Shown here piece by piece: positions 1 to 12,100 of a stretch of 64,000 nt of DNA. Position 1 is the first letter of the stretch. Each line of letters starts with the position of its first letter. The notes beneath the pieces are model-generated. The model did no database searches and was not told where the DNA came from. It saw only the letters and a program-made list of their open reading frames with translations. The position numbers were made by a program, and so were the translations under genes. The stretch is from Basidiobolus meristosporus CBS 931.73 (lineage: Eukaryota; Fungi; Basidiobolomycota), in the NCBI GenBank assembly GCA_002104905.1, contig MCFE01000067.1, forward strand, positions 62,001 through 126,000, in the 5' to 3' direction.

Positions 1-173
1 CTAAATTTGACCAAATCACCACCTCTGATAGTCCACCAAAATTGACTACGGCTATCAGCATATTCTTTGATCGAATTGATTACACGCGTTTAGAAAATGG
101 AGTGTTGGAACTAGACAATCAATTTATTGATTCAACCAGCAAATATATACATTATTCTCCATGGAATACATTT

Positions 174-464
174 CTAATTCGAATTGGCCTCCATCCGGGC
201 TTCTCCCTTGACACGGCCAGCCTTTCCTTCAGCTTCCATTTGCTCGTTGCCAATGGCACAGCCAACAGTGTTCTTGACATTGCCCTTAAGCTTCTCGCTG
301 GCACCCTGAGCATACCCTTCGGCCTGGGCTTTTTTGTATTCGACATTCCCTTCGGCTCTTCTGGCCTTGCCTTCAGCTTGCATTTGCTCGTTGCCAATGG
401 CACTGCCTACATTCTCCTTGACGGCACCAGAGGCGGCTTTGACGTTAGCGTTGAACTTGTCCAT
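174..464 (-). CDS. CsbD-like / Hmp1-like small hydrophilic stress protein, copy 1 (96 aa)
   Basis: MDKFNANVKAASGAVKENVGSAIGNEQMQAEGKA...EYKKAQAEGYAQG...ANSN. Internal repeat GNEQM(Q/E)AEGKA. The ATG at 464 aligns with the starts of the three paralogs, so the ORF-track N-terminal extension is not conserved. AATAAA at 123-128 (minus strand). Family assigned from motif recognition, not a search. Confidence 0.88.
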   Translation of the reverse strand: MDKFNANVKAASGAVKENVGSAIGNEQMQAEGKARRAEGNVEYKKAQAEGYAQGASEKLKGNVKNTVGCAIGNEQMEAEGKAGRVKGEARMEANSN

Positions 465-805
465 AGTGTTGTTGGATCGGAGTTGATTTGAGGATGTGAG
501 AGTGTAATGATAGTTGAGACTGTCTCGAAGCAATGGTAAATATTTATGGGAAACAATCCCGAAGAATGACGCAGTGGAATCAATCGCGCTTACTCCATCC
601 ATGATGTCACCCTGGTGCTCATTAGCCATATTTGGTAGACAGATAAATTGTTTCATTAGGGTTCACGTACCGGCACATTACCTTGGTTACTAGGTTGCGT
701 CACTTACCATCAAGCGCGAAAGCCATCAATGGTCCGTTTGGTATATATACGCCTGCAATACAACCAGTGCAAACACATTCTAACCAACTCCGATCTAACA
801 ACACT
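465..805. promoter_or_regulatory. Bidirectional promoter between copies 1 and 2, with two TGACG (CRE-like) sites and two TATA-like boxes
   Basis: TGACGCA at 567-573, TGCGTCA at 696-702, TATTTAT at 541-547, TATATATA at 742-749. Confidence 0.55.
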
Positions 806-1096
806 ATGGACAAGTTCAACGCTAACGTCAAAGCCGCCTCTGGTGCCGTCAAGGAGAATGTAGGCAGTGCCATTGGCAACGAGCAAATGCAAGCTGAAGG
901 CAAGGCCAGAAGAGCCGAAGGGAATGCCGAGTACAAAAAGGCCCAGGCCGAAGGGTATGCTCAGGGTGCCAGTGAGAAGCTTAAGGGCAATGTCAAGAAC
1001 ACTGTTGGCTGTGCCATTGGCAACGAGCAAATGGAAGCCGAAGGAAAGGCTGGCCGTGTCAAGGGAGAGGCACGGATGGAAGCTAATTCCAATTAG
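806..1096 (+). CDS. CsbD-like / Hmp1-like protein, copy 2 (96 aa)
   Basis: One amino acid differs from copy 1 (A41 vs V41). TATATATA at 742-749; AATAAA at 1144-1149. Confidence 0.88.
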   Translation: MDKFNANVKAASGAVKENVGSAIGNEQMQAEGKARRAEGNAEYKKAQAEGYAQGASEKLKGNVKNTVGCAIGNEQMEAEGKAGRVKGEARMEANSN

Positions 1097-1632
1097 AAGT
1101 GTATATTTTTAAACGTAGTGTATATGGATTACTGACGTAATTAAATAAAACCCTTTATCATTCACAAATTAGATAATGACTTGGTCAGTGCCATTGTGAA
1201 TTACAGGGTTCGTAGTTGTGAATAAGGGCCAGGTTGATGGAAAATTTACAGTTTGTTCCTTGTACTACAGCTAGTTTGCTTGTATGTGTGTAGGGTTACA
1301 ATATTCCTTTCCCTGTCAGAATTTTAAAGCACACCTTTCTATTAAATCCTCGTTCTGGATGCATCTCTCGGATGTTAATTTGTGTGAGGCTACTCCCACC
1401 TTGAGAAAGCTATGTGGTAGTGCCGTAGTACTTTTTTCATTATTCATACAGGTGATAATGATGCACCTGATGTGCCGCACCATATTCTCTGGTAATTATC
1501 GGCTTTCGGTAAAATGCTTGCGAAAAGATGAGTTTGGATACAAGATATTATTAATGTAAAACCGAGTCCTCGGAATACTTAGAATGATAATATAAGGAAT
1601 ATTAGGGCACTTTATTTACATCAGGGGTGGAT

Positions 1633-1923
1633 TCAATTGGAGTTGGCGCTCATGCGGGCGTCCCCTTTGGCACGACCTGCCTTGCCCTCAGCCTCCATCT
1701 GCTCATTGCCTACTGCGCTACCGACAGTATCCTTGACGCTGCCCTTGAGCTTCTCACCGGCTCCCTGGGCGTATCCTTCAGCCTGGGCCTTCTTGTACTC
1801 GGCATTGCCCTCGGCTCTGGTGGCCTTGCCTTCAGCTTGCATCTGCTCGTTGCCGAAAGCACTTCCTACGTTTTCCTTGACAGCACCGGTGGCGGACTTG
1901 ATATTAGCGTTGACTTTATCCAT
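1633..1923 (-). CDS. CsbD-like / Hmp1-like protein, copy 3 (96 aa)
   Basis: MDKVNANIKSATGAVKENVGSAFGNEQMQAEGKA... with an intact frame. TATA-like ATAAATA at 1974-1980; AATAAA at 1611-1616 (minus strand). Confidence 0.88.
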   Translation of the reverse strand: MDKVNANIKSATGAVKENVGSAFGNEQMQAEGKATRAEGNAEYKKAQAEGYAQGAGEKLKGSVKDTVGSAVGNEQMEAEGKAGRAKGDARMSANSN

Positions 1924-2727
1924 GTTTGTGGTGAGAGAGGAATGATACGACTTCTGGCTAGTCGGAAGTAGAGTATTTATGTGGTGCAGGATTGGATTGG
2001 TCATCATCGATGAGAGCGCAGTGACGTTCGATTTGAGTTAGTTCACGTGAAATTGGTCACCTCAGGTAGGAATTCCATCCTAATCATCTTCCATTTACTA
2101 GGTGGGGATCTAATGGATGATCGAATGCTGAAGTTTGAACGATAATCTGATCAACGTTATCCAGTGTATGTACCAGCTGTAGATTTGTGGTTACAGGGAC
2201 GGGAGCAATATGGGTGAAACGCTACTTTACCTGTAACAATGAGAATATATAACTGATGTTGCATATTTGTTTACACTTTTAATTGGTCGGCTTTGTGAAC
2301 ATCTTTAAATGTGAAATATGTAGGGAACCAAGATGGCTAATTTACTTACTGTTTGGAGTTTGCCCTCATACAAACATCTCCTTTGGCATATTTGCTCATT
2401 GGCTACTCACTACTAACGCGGTTGATAGTTGGTTGTCTAACGTAAAATGACGTTTGATAGAGGAAATTCATTTAATGCTCAGATTCTTGACGTCAGCATG
2501 GAAAAATCGGGTTACTATCTGTCTGAATGCTGGATTAGTCGCATGGATTAATTTTATTCCACTTTCGTAATGATTCCCCAATAAATCGCTATGTATATAT
2601 ACATTTAGCTCAGTAAGAATCAGTGTCTGGTGACAAACTACGTGTAAACCAAATCTTGCACACAACCCGTAGCAAACTTGTTGGGAATTCTCAGAAACAG
2701 TTTATTTACAACACTTGAAAGGGTCGT

Positions 2728-3015
2728 TTATGAGTTAGCACCCATGCGGGCATCTCCTTTGGCATGACCAGCTTTGCCCTCGGCCTGCATTTGCTCATTG
2801 CCGATGGCACTGCCTACAGTGTCCTTCACATTTCCCTTCAGCTTCTCACCAGCTCCCTGCGCGTATCCTTCAGCTTGGGCTTTCTTATATTCAGCATTAC
2901 CCTCGGTTCTGGTGGCCTTGCCTTCAGCTTGCATCTGCTCGTTTCCAAATGCACTTCCTACGTTTTCCTTGACGGCTCCGGAGGCGGACTTGAGATTGGC
3001 ATTGATTTTATCCAT
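2728..3015 (-). CDS. CsbD-like / Hmp1-like protein, copy 4 (95 aa)
   Basis: MDKINANLKSASGAVKENVGSAFGNEQMQAEGKA... with an intact frame. TATATAAAA at about 3083-3091; AATAAA at 2701-2706 (minus strand). Confidence 0.88.
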   Translation of the reverse strand: MDKINANLKSASGAVKENVGSAFGNEQMQAEGKATRTEGNAEYKKAQAEGYAQGAGEKLKGNVKDTVGSAIGNEQMQAEGKAGHAKGDARMGANS

Positions 3016-3478
3016 GGTTAAGTTAGTATGAAGTACTCAGAGTAAGAGTGGGTTATTTGATCCCTCACAGCCGGTCGTAGACTTTTATATAGTGATGTGC
3101 TTGATGGGTCATCAGTGATGACTGTTAAGTGACGTTTGGTGTGCTAGTCACCTTGTGACTAACTGTTAGATTAATACTGGTGTCATGGTGCAGCCGGCTT
3201 GATGATTACGTGTTAGGCAGTGCCAACGTAGTTGTCATTCATATTAAGTTACTACGGATTGGCAAAGTTCAAAGTAAATTATGGAGGTATGGGTGCTGCT
3301 ATGATATCCGATTAATAGGCCCAAATGTAGTAAGAACATTACATGGACGAAATTTTCAGGCACTCATCCCCCACAGTCCGGAAAAGAGTAGATAAATTGA
3401 AGCATGAATTAATGTTGATCGCTTGGCACAGGGGATGTTCATACTTGCAGCTCCACTTTACTGTATGCTTGTTTAAAA

Positions 3479-4640
3479 AGATCACATCAGGACACTCTGT
3501 AAAGACTATTAAAAAAAATTGTATCCCAGTTTTTACAACAAACTTGATCAAAACTCTTTGTCATAAAAATATATAAGTGGCTCTTAATTGGGTCTCTGCC
3601 AATTCTCACACTTTCTGATCCCTGACATTCAATCACCTTCTACATTTGTATACACTGATTGGCTATTACCTCTTTGTCACACTCCTTACTTCCTGACTCA
3701 ATCAATGCTCTTACTTTTCATGAATACAAATTGGTTTATTTTTGTTGAAACTTTGGTTGTAACTTGGTTGCCAATTGCACTGATGTATACAAGTCCCTAT
3801 ACCCAATGCTAGCATTGAGCCCAACCCTGCACTCAACAAGTAACTCCATTAAATTCCATCTTTCAATAAGTATCTCTGCAGTAATGCCCTTTTTCCATGA
3901 CTTTAGCAGGAACCATACCACTTTACAGCATTATACATTTACAAGTACCCATATGTCCTGGTCTTCAGCCAGCACTGCAAGGTCTAGCACCTCATCTGCC
4001 AGTCTTTACAATAAATCCTTTCAATATTCCAGTGCATTTTCTTGAGCACTGTGCTTGAAGAAGTGCTGTAACCTCTTGGTGTGTCTATTAATGTTCCACA
4101 ATTCCACTGTAGGCACTGCAGTAGTCTTTTCAGCTCTTGATGTTGTTGCATTGTCTCTCAGTGGCATCCTCACTCTATCTGCAATGGAGGAAATGGAGGC
4201 AATGATAGACAAATTGCCTTTCTCTGCAAGCTCATCTACCTCACTGGAGTGTAGCTCAACTGACAGCACTTTGACCTCATGTGAAAGTAGCTGTTGTCTT
4301 CTCAGTAACTCTTCTTAGCTATTATGGGCTTCAACCTGTTCTGGGTTAATGTTGTTGATTGGTGAGAACTGCAGTTTTTTCTCATGCTTCTCTGTTTGTG
4401 GCCTGGTGAGAATATCTTCTCTTTGCCATTAGCTTTATCACTGCCAGGTCTTTCACTGCTGCATTGACTGAGCACTACTTATATTGTAAAACATGTTGTC
4501 CTTGATAAATGCTGCACTGATGCATCTGCATTTGCCTGCTTGTCCCTCAACAACACTCTTCTGGCTACCTGATGTTTCTTTGCCACTTCTATTGAGCTTT
4601 CAGCCCTGCCTATGATGGGCTCCTGAGAAAGTCATTATTG
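3479..4640 (-). mobile_element. CACTA-family fragment (3' half of ORF2, terminus truncated)
   Basis: Reverse-complement match to 7900-9070 and 53150-54300. Encodes VELHSSEVDELAEKGNLS...LQHFFK.SAQENALEY. Confidence 0.75.
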
Positions 4641-4649
4641 TGCTCTGTA

Positions 4650-6700
4650 ACTATTGTAACTGGATCCAATAAGCCAGGACATCTAATTGCATTATATGGC
4701 AAGAAACTTGATGGTATTTCAACAGCCTCACAGCAAGACTCTGATGGCATTAAATTGGCAGTATGGTGGCCTACAGCTGGTTTTGTATAATGCTACTGTA
4801 CCAGTTTACCAAATGGTTTTTCCTTTTTCTACCTCCCCTTGCACAATTTATATATTCCACTGTAGAATCACCCCTCTTTATTTGCTTACTCACTACTACC
4901 TAAGGTATTCCATATATAGCTTGAATCAAAAAATAATATGGCCTCCTGCTTACTAACCTCTACAAATGCACACACCTGCTGCAATTGACATACTTCCATC
5001 ACCTCAACTTTACATCTTTTTAGTTTGATGCTTGCAAAGTTGCTATATACCTTGTATTGCTGGTAAAATATACATCATCCAAACATACGCTTGATTATCA
5101 CTACTTCTGCCATGAATACCTCCTGCATACCTGCAAAGAACCTTTTGGTATTTAGCCAATATATTCCCTCTCCCTGCTGGATTCTAGTCCCCCTGATAGG
5201 TGAGTTCTGGCTCTTGTTTGTGTGAGTTCTCTATTGAGTGTTGTAGAAATTGGCTTGTGACTAAGAGAAATCCAGCATACCTAGATAGAACTTTCCTAAT
5301 AAAAATTAGTTACTTGTCGCATCCAACCCACTTTGCATTACTTGACCAATTACCCATGCATTGGGGCTGCTTAGCTACTTAATGCCATAGGCATAGGTGT
5401 CTCCATGTGCACATTTGTCCTCAGTATTTTCCAACTCTTTCTGGCTGTCCAGCATGTACCAACTCATAACATCCATGACAGACTTGAAGGTAAATATTCT
5501 TGATGAGATTGGGATATTGTAGTACCTGCAACTTGACTTGCCATCCTATCTCCCCATACATCTGCTCCATAGGAAGCTCTCACAAGGTAAAGCAAGGTCC
5601 AATATTCTCAACACAGCAAGCAAGATGGAGTAGCAAGTGGATACATTAGCGGCAGAGATCTAGATGTCTAGCTTTATGTTTATTGTATAGCCACTCAAAT
5701 CCTGTCACAAATTCTTTGCACAAAAGGTGTAGATGCATCAAGTTGGCGCTGGTGATCTGCTTATGGATAAATACTCCTACAATGTCCATATATGACTCCC
5801 AACGCTTCCAGTGTACTTTGGTAGAGATGGCTTCAGAAGGCCACTTGAATAAATACATATCAAGCTCATTCAGTCCTTCCACTTGTGGTGTTGCATATGC
5901 ACATGAATGTTGATTGGAGCCTATGAGAAGTACTTAGGGTAGCAGATACTCTGTAATTTCTTGCCAATTCTTTCAAATTTCTCCGGTATCTCACAGGGCT
6001 CATTAAGCTTGAAATGCCCCATGTACAACTTGGTCATCAGTATACAGATGTTGTTGAAAAGCAAATGAATTGCTCCCAGTGGAAAGCTTTTGCTTTAGTA
6101 GATACCCTCTATCTTAAGTATCTCTAGTTTCCAATTAATTCCATATTCTGGCCAATGGCTTAATGCTTGCCAACTTTGATGCAATTGCATGCTGACTTCT
6201 GTACATTCTCTCTGTGGAAAGATGATGTTCTTAGCGTTGGTGCTTGGGTAATAGTAATGTGTGTGAGTTATGCAGTAAGTACCCTGGATCTCACACATTT
6301 GACATCAATACCATCTATTGTGCCCAGAAAAGCTGACTATCTTGCTGATGGCTGGGGTATCTCCAATGCAGATAATAATATGCGCTTTTACATGTTGGCC
6401 ATTTATTGTTATCCTGCTGGAAAGCATATAAAGTTCATCCAGCAATAAATACAGGTAGCTATTCAGGTTGGTTGGAGATTTAGGCCTAGATACCAGTGGG
6501 ACTACCACCAGATTTATGCTCTGATACTGTAAGATAGATGGCAGATTCAGGTTGACAAGAATCAGTGGCCAGCAGGCTGTGCTGATAGAGTACTTATTTA
6601 ATGAGAATCCATCAAGTGCTAAGGCAAAGGCATGGTCATATTTATGCTCAAAGTAGCCCTTGCTTCTTAGCTTTTTGTAATGTTTAACCCAACCCCCCTA
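4650..6700 (-). pseudogene. Transposase_21 (Tnp2, CACTA/CMC) remnant
   Basis: LMVVPLVS.PKSP.NLNSYLYLLLDEL, VKAHIIICIGDTPAISK..FSGHN, NLMHLHLLCKEFV..FEWLY. Many stops and frameshifts. Confidence 0.8.
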
Positions 6701-6740
6701 TAACACCATTTCCCCTTTTGTTTGACTCACTGACAAATAT

Positions 6741-8815
6741 ATGCTGCCAAAAAATTCAGCAAAGTTGTCTGGTTCTCAACCAAACCTAACTACTGACAAC
6801 AGCAGAAAAACTGTTGGACAACAGCTTGCATTAGCATTCAGTGCAACAAGCAGGGCTATAACCAAAATAGGCCCTATGGACAGTGTGCCCACTGAAGGGA
6901 ATTATGTGGATTTCTCAGGCTCTCAGTCAAGTAGACAATTGGGAATCCCTGCTGAGCTGCAAGCTGACCATATTGCTGAGGCAGATGAGAATGTAGCATA
7001 AGCAGTACCTTCAGTCAAAGACCAGCAAATGGCCATCATAATATCACCACCACCTGTATTAGCAAGTATGTTGTTGGCTCATACCAATGTATTCATGTGG
7101 CAATTAGGTGCAGTGGCTAATAGGTCAGATGCAATGGCCCAGAGAAATCAGGAAATAGTCCAGAAACAGGATGTGCAGATAAATGGTGCAGAGCAATCAC
7201 TATCCCTGGTAGAGAAAGCAGTATCTTTGCTGCAAAGAAGGAACTCAAGTAGCACAATGTCACAGACAAGAATCAAGCCATTTCCCAATGTAGCAGCAGA
7301 GGAACACCATACAGTCTTCAAAGCACAACAACAGTGTCTAAAGATAAAGCCCACAGAAAAATGTATCACTGAATGGGAGGGAGAAAATGTATTGTTTGTA
7401 CCAAAGCCTAAAAATCAAACAACATATAAGATCTTTGAAGCCATTGAATACAATGATGATGCGTGGGCAAATATTCAAAAGGTCATTAGAAGTCTAGCAC
7501 ACTAACACCTTAAGGCTGGCATACCATAGGACCATCAGTAACTCAAGGCCAAGCAGAATGAGCTTAACTTGCTCCATGAGCATTATCCTGGATTCAAACA
7601 AGCAAATGGATTTTGGGCCAGCATTGATATGCCAAGAAAGTATCTCAAGAATAGCAGAAACTATCAAAGGCACAAGAACAAGTGTGCAATGGCTACAAAC
7701 CAGCAGCTTCCTCAAGAGCCCATTACAAGCAGGGCCAAAAGCTCCAAACAAGCATCAGAGAGGCATCAGGTACCAGTAAGAGTAGCAATAAGGGAAAAGC
7801 AGGCAGACACATAGGCACCAGCACAACATTTACCAAGGAAAGAGCGTAGTTCAACTCAAGAAGTACTCAGTCAAAGTAGTAGTGAAGAACCTGGCAGAGA
7901 TGAAAACAAGTGGCTACTCCAGGATCCCATCACAGCATGGGCTGGGTGCTTGAGACTAGCGGAGAAGAACTGTCAGGTTGCCTGCAGAGTGCCAGCAAGG
8001 GACAAGTAGGCCAAAACAGATGCATCAGAGCAGCATTGATCAAGGAGAAAATGTAGTTCAATACAAGAATCACTCAAACATAGTAGCAGTGAAAGACCTG
8101 GCAGTGATAAAGGAAAAGGTAAAGGGGAAAATGTCTACCCAAGCCAGAGACAGGGAAGTGTGAGAAGAAGCTGTAGTTCTTGCTAATCAACACCATATGC
8201 CTGGAACAAACTAAATCCTTTCAAAGCCAAGAAGAATTACCAACAAGAAAAGAGCTGTTTTCACAAGAGTTGGAAGCGCAGCCAATTGAGCTACACTGCA
8301 GTGAGGTAGATGAGCTTGCAGTGAAAGGAAATTTGTCTACTACAGCCTCTAGGTCCTCCATTGCTGAAAGAGTGGAGATCCCACTGACAGACAAAGTAAC
8401 AATGTCAAGAACTCAAAAGGTTATCATGATGCCTTTGGTGGATTTTTGGAACATTAATAGGCCCACCAAGTGGTTGCAGCACTTCTTCAAGAGCAGTGCT
8501 CAAGAAAATGCACTTGAATATTGCAAGGATCTATTGCAAAGACTGGCAGATGAGGAGCTAGACCTTGCAGTGCCAGCTGAAGACCAGGATGTATGGGAAC
8601 AAGTGAATGGACAATGGCATAAAGCCATAGGGCTCCTGCCAAAATTGTGCAAACAGAGCATTACTGTAGAAATACTTATTGAGTGGTGGATTTTAATAGA
8701 GTTACTTATTGAGTGTGGGGTTGGGCTTAGTATCAGTGTAGGGTATAGTATAGGGGCTTGTAAAGGTCAATACAATTGTCAATTGAGGTACCACTGAAGT
8801 TTCAAAGGAAACTAA
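6741..8815 (+). pseudogene. CACTA-family ORF2 remnant (coiled coil, W/YP/W domain, C-terminal helical domain)
   Basis: Concatenates ORF-track pieces 6741-7001, 7029-7505, 7569-7814 and 8180-8797. The same order recurs at 48393-50456 and 59886-61750. Confidence 0.65.
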
Positions 8816-9144
8816 TCAATTTGTATTCATGAAAAGTACAAGAAGCAGTTGAGTAGGTAGTAAGGAGTGTGAAAAAGAGGCAATAGCCAATCAATGAACA
8901 CAGATGTAGGAGGTGATGGAGTGTCTGGGAACAGAAAGTGAGAAAACTGGCAGATAACCAATCAAGAGCTACTTTTGTATCATTGTGATGAAAAATTTTG
9001 AATAAGTTTTTGATGATATCTGGCATGCAATTATTTTTTGACAGTCTTTGTATGGTGTCCTGATGGAATCAATACCACTTAGTCACAGGACTTAGAATTT
9101 GTGACAGCCTTTTGGTATGATTATTACAATAACTTTTTGTAGGG

Positions 9145-12100
9145 CAATGCTGGCCCAAAATCCATTTGCTTGCTTGAATACAGGCTAATGCTAATGGGAC
9201 AGATAAGTGCATTCTGCTTGGCCTAGAGTTCCTAATGGCCCCATTGTATGCAAGCCTTAAGGCAGTGCCATGCTAGACTTCTTAGAGCCTCTTGACTACT
9301 AGCCCACACTTTATCTTTACCCACAATAGCTTTACCATTCTTCAAAGTCTTCTGATTTTCAGGCTTGGGTATAGAAATTACAGTCTTTACTTTGCAAGCT
9401 GTAATAGGTTTCTTTGTGCGCTTTATCTCTGGGCAGTGTTATTGTACTTTAAAGGCCTTACAGTGCTCCTCTGCGGGTATATAGTGAAATGTCTCAATAC
9501 CTGGTTGTGATTTTGAGCTAATTGGGTTCCTTCATTGCACAAAGATACTGCATTCTCTACCTAGGATTTTGATTGTGCTACACAAAGTATTTGCTCATCC
9601 TATCTCTGGACTATTTCCTAATTTCACTGGGCCATTGCATTTATGTTATTAGCCCTTGCACCTACTTGCCTAATTAATGATTTGGTATGATCTGACAATA
9701 TACCTGCAAATGCTGGTGGTGGATATGTTATTATAGTCATTTGCCAGCCTTCCTCCAGAGGTACTGAGTCTGCTGAGTACTCCTCTGCCTGAGCAAGTTG
9801 GTTGGCTTGAAACATCACAAATGTTCTCAATTGCCTACCTGATTAAGAGCCTGATGAGTACAGTACCTAATTGCCACACTAATGCCTTGATAAAGTAACA
9901 ACCTGACAGTCTTTCAGTGGTTTATCAACAGGAATTGCATGGCATTCTGGAGGTCTTGATGTGCTCTTCATTTATTTGAGCAGACTTAGCTGGCCAGTGC
10001 ATCCAATTGCCTTATGTGGCAAGAAACCTGATAGTGAACTGACAGCCTCATTGCTAACCACTGCTGGCATCATCACAGCAGTACAGTAGTCTACAGATAG
10101 CTCTGTATAATGTAACTGTACCAATATATCAAATGATATTTTCTTTTTCCACTTCCCCTTGCACCATTCATAAATTCCACTGCAGAATCACCCCTCTTTA
10201 TTTGCCTTCCTACTCCTACTTTGGGTATTTCACATATAGTCCAAATAAAGAAAAACTATGGTCTCTTGCTTACTAACCTCTAAATACACCCACACCTGCT
10301 GCAATTTACACACTTCTATAACCTCAACTTCACAACTTTTTAATCTGATTCTTTAAAGTTGCCATATGCCTTGTATGGCTAGTAACATATACCTCTTGCA
10401 AAAATATGCATGATTGCCACCACTTTAGCCACAAATACCTCCTGAATATCTGCAAAGAGCTTCATGGTATTTAACAAATATATTCCTTCTCCCAGCTGAA
10501 TTCTGGTACCCTTATAGATGTGCTCCAGCTCTTGTTTGTTTGAGCTCCTTATTTATAGGTGTAAAAATTGGCATGTGAACAGGAGCAACTGGCATACTTT
10601 GGTAAAGTTGTCCTAAGAAAAATTAGTTGCTTGTTGTGCCTGACCCTTCTTTGCATTACCTAACTGATTACCCACATATTGGGGCTGCTTAGCTTCTTAA
10701 AGCCAAAGGCATCAGTGTCTCCATGTATGCATTTGTCCTCAGTATTTTCCAACTCTTCCTGAATATCCTCCTTGTGCCAACTCATCATATCCATGATGGA
10801 CTTGAAGGTAATATTCTTAATCAGATTAGGATATGGTAGTACCTGCAACTTGACTATTCTTCCTATCTTGCCACACATCCACTTCATTGGAAATTACCAA
10901 AAGGTGAAGCATTGCCCAATATTCTCCACACACCAAGAAAGATGGAGTAGAGAATGGATACAGTAGTAGCAGAGAGCTATGCATTCAGCTTTATACTTAG
11001 AGTATAGCCACTCATATTTAATTACAAAAGCCTTGCATAAAAGCTGCCAATGCATCAAGTTGGCATTGGTGATCCACATCTGGAGCAATGCTCCTACAAT
11101 ATCCACATGAGACTCCTAATGCTTCCAATATACTCTTGGTAGAAATGGCTTCAGAAGACCACTGGAATAAATACATATCCACATCATCCAGTGCTTGCAT
11201 TTGTATTATCAACTACCAGTATGAATATGGATTGGAGCTTGTAGGAAGTACTTTGGGTAGTAGATACTCTGTAATATCTTGCCAATTCTTTCAGATTTCT
11301 CCTGTATCTCAGAGGGATAACTCAGCCTGAAATGCCCCATGTATAACTTGATCATTGGTATGGAAATTTTGTTGAACAGCAAATGTATTGCTCCCAGTGG
11401 AAAGCTTTTGCTCCAGCAGATACCTGCTATCTTAAATATCTGTAGTTTCCAATTAATTACATATTCCAGCCAATGGCTTATAGCTTAACAACTTTGTTGG
11501 AATTGCGTGCTGGCTTCTATACATTCCCTCTGTGGGAGTATGATGTACTTAGTGCTGGTGCTTGGATAATAATAATATGTGTAAGTTATGGAGTAAATTC
11601 CCTGAATTGCACACATTTGACGGCAATACTGCCCATTGTGCCCAGAAAAGCCAGTTATCTTGCTGATAGCTAGAGTATCTCCAATGCAGATAATAATAAG
11701 CTCTTTGATATTATGGCCATTTAGTAGTGTCCTGCTGGACAGCATACAAGATTCATACAGCAACAAAAATAGGTAGCCATCCAGGTTGGATGGTGGTTGT
11801 GGCCCAGATACCAGTGAGACTACCATTATATTTCTGCTCTGATACTGTAAGATAGGCAGCAGATTAAGGTTGGAAAGAATCAGTTACCAGCAGGATTTGC
11901 AGGTAGAGTACTTGTTCAATAGGAACCCATCAAGTGCCAAGGCAAAGGTATAATCTTACATAACTTCAAAGTTCCCCTTGCTTCTTAGTTGTTTGCAATA
12001 TTTGACATCAAATAAATTGGAAATACTGGTGTTTAATTGATACTGAGTGCAATACTTCATAGCTTTAAAATATATGTTGGACTGCATAAGCTTCTTTCAG

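Larger units (their letters stand above)
174..1096. repeat. Inverted repeat formed by copies 1 and 2 (arms about 174-485 and 785-1096)
   Basis: 10 differences in 291 coding nt, counted by eye. Similarity extends only about 20 nt upstream of the ATGs. Confidence 0.92.
4645..9144. mobile_element. Internally deleted CACTA-family copy: transposase remnant (-) plus ORF2 (+), right terminus ...TTTTTGTAGGG
   Basis: Transposase_21 motifs on the minus strand; ORF2 begins MLPKNSAKLSG at 6741; degenerate CCCTA-type terminus ends at 9144. Confidence 0.8.

Noticed and set aside
465-805. N-terminal extensions of copies 1-3 given by the ORF track
   Set aside because: Not conserved, they overlap TATA-like boxes, and copy 4 lacks one; the MDK start is shared by all four.
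174-1096. A cruciform-binding protein gene pair extruding its own cruciform as an autoregulatory switch
   Set aside because: The spacer is about 290 bp, extrusion is unlikely, and cruciform binding is not shown for these proteins. Speculation only.
42-3031. Hydrophobic ORFs 42-491, 710-1030, 1627-1971, 1637-1945, 2764-3021, 2774-3031 and the basic ORFs 152-403 and 867-1112
   Set aside because: Antisense or alternate-frame shadows of the CsbD-like genes; their starts and ends are not conserved among paralogs.
8180-8797. 205-aa ORF as a standalone host gene
   Set aside because: The same sequence recurs degenerate in at least six places as the 3' part of CACTA ORF2.
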